Below the pieces are notes generated by a model. The model was not told the DNA's origin and did no database searches. It was given only the letters and a program-made list of their open reading frames with translations. 64,000 nt of DNA, from contig JBGQGY010000001.1 of NCBI GenBank assembly GCA_041497675.1, positions 32,001-96,000 on the forward strand, given 5' to 3'. The translations under genes and the position numbers were made by a program. Shown in pieces: positions 48,532 to 58,454 of the stretch; position 1 is the first letter of the stretch, and every line of letters begins with the position of its first letter. Origin of the DNA: a bacterium. Its GTDB lineage: Bacteria > Sysuimicrobiota > Sysuimicrobiia > Sysuimicrobiales > Humicultoraceae.

Positions 48532-49993
48532 GCCGGCCGGCAAATTCCGGATGTGGGGCGGGCGGTTCGCCGCCGAGCCGGATGCCCGTGCCCTGGCGCT
48601 GCTGGTCTCGCTGCCGGTCGACCGCAGGTTGCTGCGCTGGGATCTGCTGGGGAGTCTGGGGCACGTGATTGCCCTCGGCGAGGCGCGGGTGATCCCCTCA
48701 CGCGCCGCCGCCGATCTGGCCGCGGAGCTCCGGCGGATGCTGCAGGAAGCGGACGCGGGTTCACTCGTCCCCGAAGAGGGATACGAAGACATCCACTCAT
48801 TCGTCGAGGCCACATTGGTCGAGCGCGTGGGCGCGGTCGCCGGCTGGCTGCACACGGGACGCAGCCGAAACGATCAGGTGGTCACGGCGTTTCGCTTGGC
48901 GCTCAAGCACGAGATCCGTCGCACCTTGCACGGCGTCGCGGGGTTGCAGGAACGATTGCTCGAACGGGCGCAGGAGATGAGGGCGGTCATGTTGCCGTCC
49001 TATACGCACATGCAGCGGGCCCAGCCGGTGGTGCTGGCGCACCTGTGGCTCGCGTACTTCTGGATGCTGTCACGCGACGCGGGCCGCCTGCAGGATGCCT
49101 ATCGAAGACTCGACGTGCTGCCGCTGGGGTCCGGTGCGATTGCCGGTACCGGCTTTCCCGTCGACCGCGCGCGGCAGGCCGCGTTGCTGGGCTTCGCCCA
49201 GGTGAGTGAGAACAGCGTGGACGCGACCGGTGACCGCGACTTTGCCCTGGAAGCCGTCGCGGCCGCGAGCGGGTTGCTCGTACACCTCTCGCGATGGGCC
49301 GAAGAACTCGTGTTGTGGATGACGAAGGAATTCGAGTTTGCCAGTCTGCCCGACTCCATCATGACCGGCAGCAGCCTGATGCCCCAGAAGAAGAACCCCG
49401 ATCTGTTGGAGCTCGTACGGGCGCAGGCCGGGGTGGCACTGGGCTCGCTGGTCACCCTGGCGACGGTGATGAAAGGGATCCCGCTAGGGTACAACCGCGA
49501 TCTTCAGGAAGACAAGGCACCCACGTTCGCCGCGTTTCGGGCCGCGATGTTCGCGCTCGAAGCGATGAGTCTCGTCGTCGAGACCATCGCGATCCGGTCT
49601 GACCGCATGGCGGCGGCGCTGCGTGGCGGGTTCCTGACGGCTACCGAGGTCGCCGACTACCTGGTGCGGCGTGGGGTACCGTTCAGGGAGGCGCACGGGC
49701 TGGCCGGCAAAGTGGTTCTTGCCGCCGAAGCGGCGGGGTGTGAACTGTGGGAACTGCCGCTGGACGCCTACCGGCGGGTGTCTCCGTTGTTCGACGACGA
49801 TGTCCTTCAGGCCGTGACACCCGAGGGCGCTGTGGCTGCGAAGGACGTCCCGGGTGGTACCGCGCCCCGCCGCGTTGGTGAGGCCCTCGACGCGGCCAGG
49901 GCAGGGTGCGCGGTCGGACGGGCCTGGTGCGACAAGGCCGAAGCCGACTACGTGGCCGCTGAGACACGGCTGCTCGCGGCGGTTCCCGGTTAG
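48515..49993 (+). CDS. argH: Argininosuccinate lyase
   Basis: MWGGRF, EDIH, LHTGRSRNDQ, YTHMQRAQP, GSSLMPQKKNPD, YNRDLQEDK; start 48515 or 48551. Confidence 0.96.
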   Translation: MSGSSKPAGKFRMWGGRFAAEPDARALALLVSLPVDRRLLRWDLLGSLGHVIALGEARVIPSRAAADLAAELRRMLQEADAGSLVPEEGYEDIHSFVEATLVERVGAVAGWLHTGRSRNDQVVTAFRLALKHEIRRTLHGVAGLQERLLERAQEMRAVMLPSYTHMQRAQPVVLAHLWLAYFWMLSRDAGRLQDAYRRLDVLPLGSGAIAGTGFPVDRARQAALLGFAQVSENSVDATGDRDFALEAVAAASGLLVHLSRWAEELVLWMTKEFEFASLPDSIMTGSSLMPQKKNPDLLELVRAQAGVALGSLVTLATVMKGIPLGYNRDLQEDKAPTFAAFRAAMFALEAMSLVVETIAIRSDRMAAALRGGFLTATEVADYLVRRGVPFREAHGLAGKVVLAAEAAGCELWELPLDAYRRVSPLFDDDVLQAVTPEGAVAAKDVPGGTAPRRVGEALDAARAGCAVGRAWCDKAEADYVAAETRLLAAVPG

Positions 49994-50004
49994 CGGCACG
50001 TCCG

Positions 50005-50457
50005 ATGCGATCACGCGATCGTCTGATCCTCGACATCATCGCCCAGCGGCCGATCGGCACACAGGACGATTTGGTCGAGGCGTTGAGAAGCACGGGGATT
50101 GAGGTCACACAGGCGACCGTTTCCCGGGACATCAGGCGTCTCGGCCTGATCAAGGTGCCGGCTGGCGGCGGGGCGTATCGCTATCAGGCGCCCAACGCGG
50201 CGCGGCCGCAGGCACGCGAAGTCGAGGGCCGGCTGAGACGGGCGTTTGATGACTACGTGGAGAGCATCGACGAGGGAAGCGGGCTCATCCTGGTCAAAAC
50301 CGCCTCGGGCAGCGCGGGGACGGTCGCGGAAGCCATCGACGAGATGAGCTGGAAAGAGGTCGTGGGCACCGTCGCCGGCGACAATACCATCATTATCGTG
50401 TCACGGCGGCCGGCGATGCGGGCGGCCGTGCTCGCCCGGCTCCGCGGTTTGCTCTGA
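50005..50457 (+). CDS. argR: Arginine repressor
   Basis: TQDDLV, VTQATVSRDI, GTVAGDNT. Confidence 0.93.
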   Translation: MRSRDRLILDIIAQRPIGTQDDLVEALRSTGIEVTQATVSRDIRRLGLIKVPAGGGAYRYQAPNAARPQAREVEGRLRRAFDDYVESIDEGSGLILVKTASGSAGTVAEAIDEMSWKEVVGTVAGDNTIIIVSRRPAMRAAVLARLRGLL

Positions 50458-50549
50458 GGCTGGGGGAACAGGCTGCCGGGACGTCGCCGTCGGCGCGGGG
50501 AGGTAGGCCATTCGGTGGCGCCGAACGTCGTCAAGAATAGGAGGACGGA

Positions 50550-51545
50550 TTGACCCAGCCAGGTGAGCATGAGGCCACGATAGCCTTGCCGCCAGGCTCC
50601 GCTGCGGTGGCGGTCCTTGGGCAGCAGGATGCGGTGTTGGACCTCGTCGAGAAGGAACTCGGCACGCGGTTGCTGGTCCGCGGTGACACCCTGGTCGTTC
50701 GGGGCGATCCGGAGCAGGTTGAAGCCACGGTCAGGCTGTTCGACCGTCTGGCGACGATCACGAGGAGCGGGCGGACGCTGACGACCGGGGAGGTGCGGCG
50801 CGCGCTGCGGAACGACCCCAGCCCGCTGGCGTTTGAGGTCACGAGCGCCGCCACGGACGTGCTGTTGATGACGACCGGCGGCAAGCCGATTGTGCCCCGG
50901 ACGGCCGGCCAGCACGCGTACGTCCAGGGCATCAAGACCCACGATCTGACCTTTGCGATCGGCCCGGCCGGAACGGGGAAGACCTACCTGGCTGTGACGA
51001 TGGCCGTGGTGGCGCTTCGCGCGAGGGCCGTGCAACGGATCGTGCTGACACGCCCGGCGGTGGAGGCCGGTGAGAAGCTGGGGTTCCTGCCCGGTGACAT
51101 CGCCGCCAAGGTCGATCCGTATTTGCGACCGCTGTACGACGCGCTCTACGAGATGGTCGGCCCCGAGCGGTTCAGCCGTCTCGCCGAACGCGGCATCATC
51201 GAAGTCGTCCCCCTCGCCTTCATGCGGGGTCGCACGCTCAACGACGCCTTCATCATCCTCGACGAGGCACAAAACACGACGCGCGAACAGATGAAGATGT
51301 TCCTCACTCGCATGGGGTTTGGTTCGAAGGTGGTCGTGACCGGCGACATCACGCAGATCGACCTGCCCCGCGACCGCACGTCGGGTCTGGTGGAGGCGCG
51401 GGACGTCTTCGCCGGTCTCGAAGGAATCGCGTTCGTGACCCTCTCCGAGGTCGATGTCGTCCGCCACGAGATGGTGCAGACGATCGTGCGGGCCTACGAG
51501 CGGTTTGAGACCTCCCGCGGCGGAGGTGGAGGGGTGACGCCGTGA
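50550..51545 (+). CDS. phoH: PhoH family ATPase (YbeZ-like)
   Basis: GPAGTGKTYLA, RPAVEAGEKLGFLPGD, PLAFMRGRTL, LDEAQN, GDITQIDLP; AGGAGG RBS before TTG. Confidence 0.95.
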   Translation: MTQPGEHEATIALPPGSAAVAVLGQQDAVLDLVEKELGTRLLVRGDTLVVRGDPEQVEATVRLFDRLATITRSGRTLTTGEVRRALRNDPSPLAFEVTSAATDVLLMTTGGKPIVPRTAGQHAYVQGIKTHDLTFAIGPAGTGKTYLAVTMAVVALRARAVQRIVLTRPAVEAGEKLGFLPGDIAAKVDPYLRPLYDALYEMVGPERFSRLAERGIIEVVPLAFMRGRTLNDAFIILDEAQNTTREQMKMFLTRMGFGSKVVVTGDITQIDLPRDRTSGLVEARDVFAGLEGIAFVTLSEVDVVRHEMVQTIVRAYERFETSRGGGGGVTP

Positions 51546-53641
51546 GACCCAGGCTGGTCGGACCCCTGGCCTCACGGGTTCGCTCCCCCTGGGTCCGCCG
51601 GATGTTCATCGGTGGGGTCATCCTCGTGTTGCTCACCATCATTATCGGCGTGGACTACCTGCCACCCCGCCTCGTCCTGATTGACGGTCAGCCCAGTCCG
51701 GCAGACATCGAGGCGCCTCGCACCGTGGAGTTCGTGGATCAAAACAGGACCGCGGCGCTGCGGACGGAGGCCGTGAGGTCGGTGCCCGCGGTCATGCGGC
51801 CGGTGCCCGCGCAGGTCGCGGCGGCGCGCGCCGCCGCGGAGCAGATCTTTTCGGCGATCGACGCCGCCCGCAGCCACCCGTCGGGGTCGATGGCCGAGCG
51901 GATCGACACCATCCGCAAAGCCGCGGGGCTACCGCTTTCCGATCTGGCCGCCGGCACGGCGGCGACGGCGCCGAAGGCGGGATTTGCCGCGGCGCGCCAG
52001 GCTGCGGTCAACGCGGTCGACAGCGCCCTGGCGGAAGGCGTCCGCGCCGATGACCTGGCGATGGCCCGTGAACGGGTGCGCGGGACGGTGCGGAGAGGTT
52101 CGCTCGCCCCCGGGCTGGGGGCGCTGGCGGCCGAAGTCGGCGTGGCGGTCGTGCGGCCGACGCTCGAAGTCGATGAAGCTCGGACCGCGGAGCGCCGGCA
52201 GAGCGCCGCCGATCTCGTCCCGCCGGTCCGCACCCGGGTGCAGCGGGGTCAAAGCATCCTGCGCAAGGGCGACGTGATCACCCCCACGCACCTGGCCATG
52301 CTGTCGGCGGTCGGCGTCTACCCGCCGCGCGTGACCTGGGCCGCAGTCGGGGGCGTCGCGGCCGTCGTCGCGCTGTTGCTGTTCGTGACGGCGATTTATC
52401 TGTGGCAGGTCCAGCCAGAGATCTGGGCCGCCGATCGCGCCCTGGTGTTGTGGGGCGTGGTGGTGGTTGGGACGATCTTCGTCTCGCAGGCCGTCGACGC
52501 GCCACGGTTCAACCCGTACCTGATGCCGGCCGCGGCGGGATCGATGTTGATCGGGATCCTGATGCGCCCGCGTCTGGCGATGTTCTCCTCCGCGGTGCTG
52601 GCGCTCCTGGTGGGTCTGGCCTCCGGGCGGATCTTCGCGCCGGTGGTCGTCGCGTTCACCGGAGGACTCGTCGGTGTGTTTGCGACCCGCCAGATCCACC
52701 GCCGGTCCGATTTCGGCATGGCCGGCCTCCTCGTCGGTCTGACCAGCGCCGCTGCGTCGCTCGCCGCCGGTCTTGTCGATGGGCTGGCCCTGCCCGAGAT
52801 CGCGGGCCGCGCGGCGTGGGCGATGGGTAACGGTCTGCTCAGCGGGATCATCACCATCGGGGTCCTGCCGTTTCTTGAACAGCTCTTCGGGCTCGTCACG
52901 CCGATCAAGCTGCTGGAGCTGGCGAATCCGGCGCATCCGCTCTTGCGGCGGCTGCAGTTGGAAGCGCCGGGCACCTATCATCACAGCATCATGGTCGGCA
53001 ATCTGGCCGAAGCCGCCGCGGAGGCCGTCGGCGCCGACGCGCTGCTGGTTCGTGTCGGCACGTATTACCACGACATCGGTAAACTGCGGCGGCCGGCGTT
53101 CTTTGTCGAAAACCAGATGGGCATCGACAACCCGCACGAGAAGATGACGCCGAGTCTCTCGGCGCTAACCGTGGGCGCCCATGTGCGCGACGGGCTGGAC
53201 CTGGCGCGCGAGTCGAGGCTGCCTGAAGCCATTGCCGCGTTTATCCCCCAGCACCACGGCACGGCCCTGATGGCGTACTTTTTCCATCAGGCGCTCGAAC
53301 GGGGCGATGCGCTCGATGAGGGGGCGTTTCGATACGAGGGGCCCAAACCGCAGACGCGCGAAACCGCCATTGTCATGCTGGCCGACGCCGTAGAAGCCAC
53401 GGTGCGCTCGCTGACCCGGCCGACCCCGGATCGGGTCGATGAGGTGGTGCGCCGGCTGATCCGGGAGAAACTCGAGGACGGGCAGCTCGACGAAAGCCCG
53501 CTGACATTTCGCGATCTCGACAAGATCGCGGCCGCGTTCGTCCGCATCCAGACCGGGATGCTGCACCCCAGGCTCGAGTATCCTGATCTCGAGCGGGAGT
53601 TGAGCCGGCGGCGACGCGACCGCGTCGGCCGGGCGCGATAA
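51542..53641 (+). CDS. pgpH: 7TM-HD phosphohydrolase (PgpH-like c-di-AMP phosphodiesterase)
   Basis: Extracellular domain + 7 TM + EAPGTYHHS, YYHDIGK, FFVENQ, QHHGT, MLADAVEA. Confidence 0.88.
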   Translation: MRPRLVGPLASRVRSPWVRRMFIGGVILVLLTIIIGVDYLPPRLVLIDGQPSPADIEAPRTVEFVDQNRTAALRTEAVRSVPAVMRPVPAQVAAARAAAEQIFSAIDAARSHPSGSMAERIDTIRKAAGLPLSDLAAGTAATAPKAGFAAARQAAVNAVDSALAEGVRADDLAMARERVRGTVRRGSLAPGLGALAAEVGVAVVRPTLEVDEARTAERRQSAADLVPPVRTRVQRGQSILRKGDVITPTHLAMLSAVGVYPPRVTWAAVGGVAAVVALLLFVTAIYLWQVQPEIWAADRALVLWGVVVVGTIFVSQAVDAPRFNPYLMPAAAGSMLIGILMRPRLAMFSSAVLALLVGLASGRIFAPVVVAFTGGLVGVFATRQIHRRSDFGMAGLLVGLTSAAASLAAGLVDGLALPEIAGRAAWAMGNGLLSGIITIGVLPFLEQLFGLVTPIKLLELANPAHPLLRRLQLEAPGTYHHSIMVGNLAEAAAEAVGADALLVRVGTYYHDIGKLRRPAFFVENQMGIDNPHEKMTPSLSALTVGAHVRDGLDLARESRLPEAIAAFIPQHHGTALMAYFFHQALERGDALDEGAFRYEGPKPQTRETAIVMLADAVEATVRSLTRPTPDRVDEVVRRLIREKLEDGQLDESPLTFRDLDKIAAAFVRIQTGMLHPRLEYPDLERELSRRRRDRVGRAR

Positions 53642-53666
53642 CCCCTCCGCCGCGCCCGGTCCGCGC

Positions 53667-54101
53667 ATGCTGATCGAGGTCACGACGAGGGGGGCGCGGC
53701 ACGGGATTCCCCAACGATGGCTTGCCGGTGTGGGGCGTTCGGCCATGCTGGCGGCACGGTGCCCGCGGCAGTCGCGGATCGAAGTTGCCCTGGTCGGTGA
53801 CACGGTCATGGCCCGCCTCAACTGGCGGTTCCTGCGGCACCGCGGGGCGACCGACGTCATCACGTTTCCCGCCGGTGCGGGGTCCAAAGATGGGGTGCTT
53901 GGGGAAATTGTCATTTCAGTAGACCACGCGCGCCGGCAGGCGCGCCGCTACGGCCACTCGGTTCGCCGCGAAGTCGCGTTGTTGCTCGTGCACGGCATCC
54001 TGCACCTGCGGGGCCATGACGATCGAACGCCCCGAGGGGCGGTCGGGATGCACAAGCGGACCGAAGCCATCCTCAAGCGAATTCTGGTGCGGAGACGTTG
54101 A
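53667..54101 (+). CDS. ybeY: rRNA maturation endoribonuclease YbeY
   Basis: LNWRF, TDVITF, LGEIVIS, VHGILHLRGHDD. Confidence 0.9.
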   Translation: MLIEVTTRGARHGIPQRWLAGVGRSAMLAARCPRQSRIEVALVGDTVMARLNWRFLRHRGATDVITFPAGAGSKDGVLGEIVISVDHARRQARRYGHSVRREVALLLVHGILHLRGHDDRTPRGAVGMHKRTEAILKRILVRRR

Positions 54102-54589
54102 CGGTGCGGCACAGCCTGTGGCAATCTTTTCGATTCGCGGGCCGCGGACTCCAAGAAGCGGTCTGGTCGCAGCGCAACATGCGCGTGCACGTGGCGCTGG
54201 CCGCGGTGGTGACCGTGATGGCGGTGTGGCTCGACCTGCCGGCGGCCGAAGCCGTGGCCCTGGTGATCGCGATGGCCGTGGTGCTCGCGGCCGAACTGTT
54301 CAACTCCGCCCTCGAAATACTGGTGGATCTGGTCGTCGGTGAGCAGTATCACGTGCTGGCGGGCCGCGCGAAGGATATCGGCGCGGCGGCGGTCCTCGTG
54401 ACGGCCGCTGGGGCCGCGATCGCGGGCCTGCTGGTCCTGGGCCGGCGGGTTGTGGCTGGGATCAGTGGAAGTTCGTTCGACGCGCTCCTGTTTGGTCGCG
54501 CCGGCGCCCTGGCGCTCGTGCTCGCGCTCGTGGTGGTCGTGCTCCGGCGGCCCGAGCGATGTCCCGCCGATCACGGAGGGGTTCGGTGA
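54098..54589 (+). CDS. dgkA: Diacylglycerol/undecaprenol kinase (DgkA family)
   Basis: SFRFA-GL, QRNMRVH, ELFNSALE-LVD, AKDIGAAAVL. Confidence 0.9.
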   Translation: MTVRHSLWQSFRFAGRGLQEAVWSQRNMRVHVALAAVVTVMAVWLDLPAAEAVALVIAMAVVLAAELFNSALEILVDLVVGEQYHVLAGRAKDIGAAAVLVTAAGAAIAGLLVLGRRVVAGISGSSFDALLFGRAGALALVLALVVVVLRRPERCPADHGGVR

Positions 54590-56604
54590 CGCCGTCGGGG
54601 GATAGGGAGCAGGCAGCCGCGCTTCCCGTCCGGCCGGTTGCCGAGGTGGCGACGGAAGACGTCGAGCGCATGCTCGGTGAGGCTGAGGCCGAGTACGGCT
54701 ATCGTCGGCTGGACGGTTCTTGGGCGAAGCTCGTCAGTCTGATCGCCGGCGGCATGGCCCTCTTTCACCTTCTCACCGCGCGTTTCGGCACGTTGGAAGC
54801 GGTGCGACAGCGAAGCGGGCACGTCGTCTTCGTGATGGCGCTCGTCTATCTGCTCTATCCGATGCGGCGCCGCGACGCCATGACGTCTCGGATCCGATTC
54901 ATTGACGTGCTGTTTGCCATCGTCGCCGCGATCCCCATGCTCTATGTGTTCGTCAACCACAGGGAGCTGGCGCTACGGGCCGGCAATCTCAATCGCACCG
55001 ACCTGATCGTCGGCGTGGTGGGCATCGTGATGGTGCTCGAAGCCGGCCGCCGGCTGATGGCCGTGCTGCCGGCCATTGCGGCGGCCGCGCTGCTCTATCC
55101 ATTCGTTGGCCAGTATCTGCCCGGCGCGCTGGCCATTGCCAAGATCTCGCCGGAGCGTGTCATCGAGCACATGTTCTTCACCACCGAGGGCATCTTTGGG
55201 ATCCCGATCGGTGTCTCGGCCACGTTTGTCTTCCTGTTCGTGCTGCTGGGCGCGTTTCTCGAACGCACGGGGTTGGGGCAGTTGTTCGTGGACATCGCGA
55301 TGGCGCTGGCCGGGTGGATGACCGGCGGACCGGCGAAGGTGTCGGTGCTGTCCAGCGCCTTCATTGGGACGGTGTCGGGCAGCTCCGTGGCCAACGTGGT
55401 CGCCGACGGCGTCTTTAACATCCCGTTGATGAAACGGCTCGGGTATGCGCCCCGGTTCGCGGCCGGGGTCGAGGCGGCCACGTCCGTGGGCGGGCAGCTG
55501 GTCCCGCCGGTGATGGGCGCCGCCGCGTTCGTGATGGCCGAGTTCCTCGGCGTCCCGTACCTCACGATCGCGAAGGCCGCTGCGATCCCCGCGGCCCTCT
55601 ACTACTTGTCACTGGGGTTCATCATTCATTTCGAAGCCAAACGGCTGGGGCTGGCCGGGGTGCCGCGGAGCCAGTTGCCGCGGCTGGGGCCGATCCTGGT
55701 GCGCCGGTTCTACCTCGTCATCCCGCTGGCGTTCTTAGTCGGCTCGCTGCTCCATGGAGATAGCCCCCTGCGCGCGGCATTTTGGGGCATCATGTGGTCG
55801 GCCGGTGTGCACATCATCACCTGCGCGCTCGAACGCCGGCTGTGGGATTGGCCGGCCGACATCTGGAGCACGCTGGTGCACGGCACGCGGCTGGCGCTCT
55901 CGGTCGCGGTGGCCTGCGCGGTGGTCGGGATCTTCATCGGTGTGATGACATTGTCCGGGTTGGGGCTGGCGTTCGTGAGCATTACGATCAAGCTCGGCGC
56001 CGGCAACCTCTTCCTGACGCTCGTGATGGTCATGATCGCCTGCACCATTATCGGCTCGGGCATCCCGACCACCGCGACGTACATCATCCTGGCCGCCATT
56101 GCGGCGCCGGCGCTCACCCAGGCACCATTCCACGTGCTGCCACTGGCCGCTCACCTGTTCATCTTCTACTATGGTGTGATTGCCGACATTACGCCCCCGG
56201 ACGCGCTGGCCGCGTATGCGGCGGCCGCCATCGCCAAGACGGACCCATTCGCCACCGGCTGGACGGCCACGCGTCTGGCGCTTGCCGGCATCATCGTGCC
56301 GTTTGTCTTCGTCTACTCGCCGACGATCCTGCTCCAGGGCGCGGCGCTGGACGAGATTGTCTTGACGGCCGCGACGGCGCTCGTCGGGACCGTGGCGCTG
56401 GCGGCTGCCGTGTCGGGGTATTTCTTTGCGCCGGCGACGTGGTTCGAACGCGGCGTCTTGGTCGCCGCGGCGCTGGCCCTGATCTTCAGCGAACCCGTCG
56501 GCGACGTGATCGGCGTCGCCCTGATGGTCTTGATCGCCATGAAGCAGATCGTCAGACGCAGACACGGTCGCCCGATCCCACCGGCAGCAGGAGTCAGCCG
56601 CTGA
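54559..56604 (+). CDS. TRAP transporter fused (4TM/12TM) permease
   Basis: TEGIFGIP, GGPAKV, GSSVANV, EAATSVGGQLVPPVMGAAAF, GIPTTATY, ADITPP; start 54559 or 54586. Confidence 0.92.
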   Translation: MSRRSRRGSVTPSGDREQAAALPVRPVAEVATEDVERMLGEAEAEYGYRRLDGSWAKLVSLIAGGMALFHLLTARFGTLEAVRQRSGHVVFVMALVYLLYPMRRRDAMTSRIRFIDVLFAIVAAIPMLYVFVNHRELALRAGNLNRTDLIVGVVGIVMVLEAGRRLMAVLPAIAAAALLYPFVGQYLPGALAIAKISPERVIEHMFFTTEGIFGIPIGVSATFVFLFVLLGAFLERTGLGQLFVDIAMALAGWMTGGPAKVSVLSSAFIGTVSGSSVANVVADGVFNIPLMKRLGYAPRFAAGVEAATSVGGQLVPPVMGAAAFVMAEFLGVPYLTIAKAAAIPAALYYLSLGFIIHFEAKRLGLAGVPRSQLPRLGPILVRRFYLVIPLAFLVGSLLHGDSPLRAAFWGIMWSAGVHIITCALERRLWDWPADIWSTLVHGTRLALSVAVACAVVGIFIGVMTLSGLGLAFVSITIKLGAGNLFLTLVMVMIACTIIGSGIPTTATYIILAAIAAPALTQAPFHVLPLAAHLFIFYYGVIADITPPDALAAYAAAAIAKTDPFATGWTATRLALAGIIVPFVFVYSPTILLQGAALDEIVLTAATALVGTVALAAAVSGYFFAPATWFERGVLVAAALALIFSEPVGDVIGVALMVLIAMKQIVRRRHGRPIPPAAGVSR

Positions 56605-56615
56605 CCGCAAGACGC

Positions 56616-57089
56616 GTGATGCTCGCAGCGGTCGCAGTGGCCGCGGTCGCATCGGCCGCGGCCCTCTTACTTGTCGAACGAACCGGCGTCACACTACGCG
56701 TCGTCGATTCCGAGACCGGCCGGGTCCTGTGGAGTCTGGTGGCAGCCACCGGGCAGCGGCTTGAGCTCCGCTACACGCACTCCGTCGAGCGCACGCCGAT
56801 CATTGAGGAATACCGCGCCGAGCCCGACGGACTCTGGTTCGAGTCGATGCGGTTCTACTCACAGGGCGCCGGATTGCCGACCGAAGGGTACGTGCGCGAG
56901 GGGAAGGCCTTCGTCTTGCGGGCCCGCCGGAAGGTGGGGGTGCTGAGCGTCAGGGTGTCGTCTGTCGCGGGGCACCAGCTGATGGTTGGGGACCAAGGTC
57001 TCGATCTGGTCGCGCTGGCACGGGAAGGCGCCGCGCTGGCGATCGAGAGCCGCCCGGGTCCGCTGCGGTTGCGCCGCACGCGGCGCTGA
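56616..57089 (+). CDS. DUF1850 family protein (TAXI-TRAP associated)
   Basis: LRYTHSVERTPIIEEY…GAGLP; adjacent to the fused TRAP permease. Confidence 0.82.
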   Translation: MMLAAVAVAAVASAAALLLVERTGVTLRVVDSETGRVLWSLVAATGQRLELRYTHSVERTPIIEEYRAEPDGLWFESMRFYSQGAGLPTEGYVREGKAFVLRARRKVGVLSVRVSSVAGHQLMVGDQGLDLVALAREGAALAIESRPGPLRLRRTRR

Positions 57090-57111
57090 GCGCCGCGCCC
57101 CGGCGGCCGTA

Positions 57112-57120
57112 TGGTATAAT
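57112..57120 (+). promoter_or_regulatory. Extended -10 promoter
   Basis: TGGTATAAT ~55 nt upstream of the CNNM gene. Confidence 0.6.
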
Positions 57121-57173
57121 TTTCATTGACTCCGCAGGGCCGCCCCTGGCCCCAAAGGTAGGCAACACGTTCC

Positions 57174-58454
57174 TTGGATGCCACAAGCCATGCTCGTGAA
57201 CTGGTCATGCTGGCTCTGCTGCTGCTGGCCTCGGCGTTCTTTTCGGCTGCCGAGACGGCGATCTTCTCCGCCAATCGCCTGAAGCTGCGCCATCAAAAGG
57301 AAGCAGGCAGCCGGCGCGCGGGCGTCGTGCTCAGCCTGCTCGAGAACCCGGCGCGATTGCTTTCTACCATTCTGGTCGGCAACAACATCATCAACACCGG
57401 CGCGGCCGTTGTGGCCACCGCGACCCTGGTGAAGCTGTTCGGGCAGGACCGCGGTTCACTCTATGCCTTCATCACCGTGACGGTGCTCCTGCTGATCTTT
57501 GGCGAGATCACTCCCAAAACCGTCGCCGCGCACAGCGGCGACCGCCTGGCCATCGTGGTCGCGCGGCCGATTCTCTGGATCTCATGGATCCTCTCACCGA
57601 TCATTCGGCTCCTCTCGCTTGTGACGAATCTCCTGACGGCGCCATTCGGCGCGCACGTCCGGCCCGACGCCCCGATGGTGACCGAAGAAGAGATCCAGTT
57701 GATGGTGCGGATGGGCGAGGAGCAAGGCGTGCTCGAGCAGGAAGAGCGCGAGATGATCCACTCGATCATCGATTTCGGCGACACCCTGGTCAGAGAGGTG
57801 ATGACCCCGCGCATCGATATCGTGTCTGTTGAGGCGGACGAGCCGGTCGACTCGGTCCTCGAAGTGATCCGGACCCACGGACACTCACGGGTGCCGGTCT
57901 ACCACGAGACCGTCGATCAGATCGTCGGTGTGATCCACGTCAAGGATCTGCTGACGGCGTTTCGCGGCGGGCGCCTCACGGGGACGGCGCGGGCCTACGC
58001 GCGCCCAGCGTACTTCGTGCCGGAGAGCAAGCGGTTGGACGAGTTGTTCAAGGACATGCGGCGCAAGAAAGCCCATATGGCGATCGTGGTCGACGAGTAC
58101 GGGGGCACCGCGGGCATCGTGACGATCGAAGACCTGCTCGAAGAGATCGTCGGCCCGATTCAGGACGAGTACGACGTTGAGGAGCCTCCGATCAAACACC
58201 TCAACGATCGGACCGCGGTCGTCGACGGCAAGATGCACCTTGAGGAAGTCAACGCGGCGCTGGACCTGGCGCTGCCGATTGGCGATGTCGATTCGCTGGG
58301 TGGGTTTGTGTACAGTCTGCTCGGGCACGTGCCCGACCAGGGCGAGCGCGTCCAATACGACGGCGTTGAACTGTCGGTCGAGCGCGTGGACGGCAACCGC
58401 ATCTCGCAGGTGAGGATCACAAAAGCCGAGCCGGCGGCCGCCGTCGACGAATAA
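57174..58454 (+). CDS. Hemolysin/CNNM (CorB/CorC-HlyC) family transporter: DUF21 + CBS pair + CorC domain
   Basis: [67 protein letters not shown]. Confidence 0.93.
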   Translation: [426 protein letters not shown]

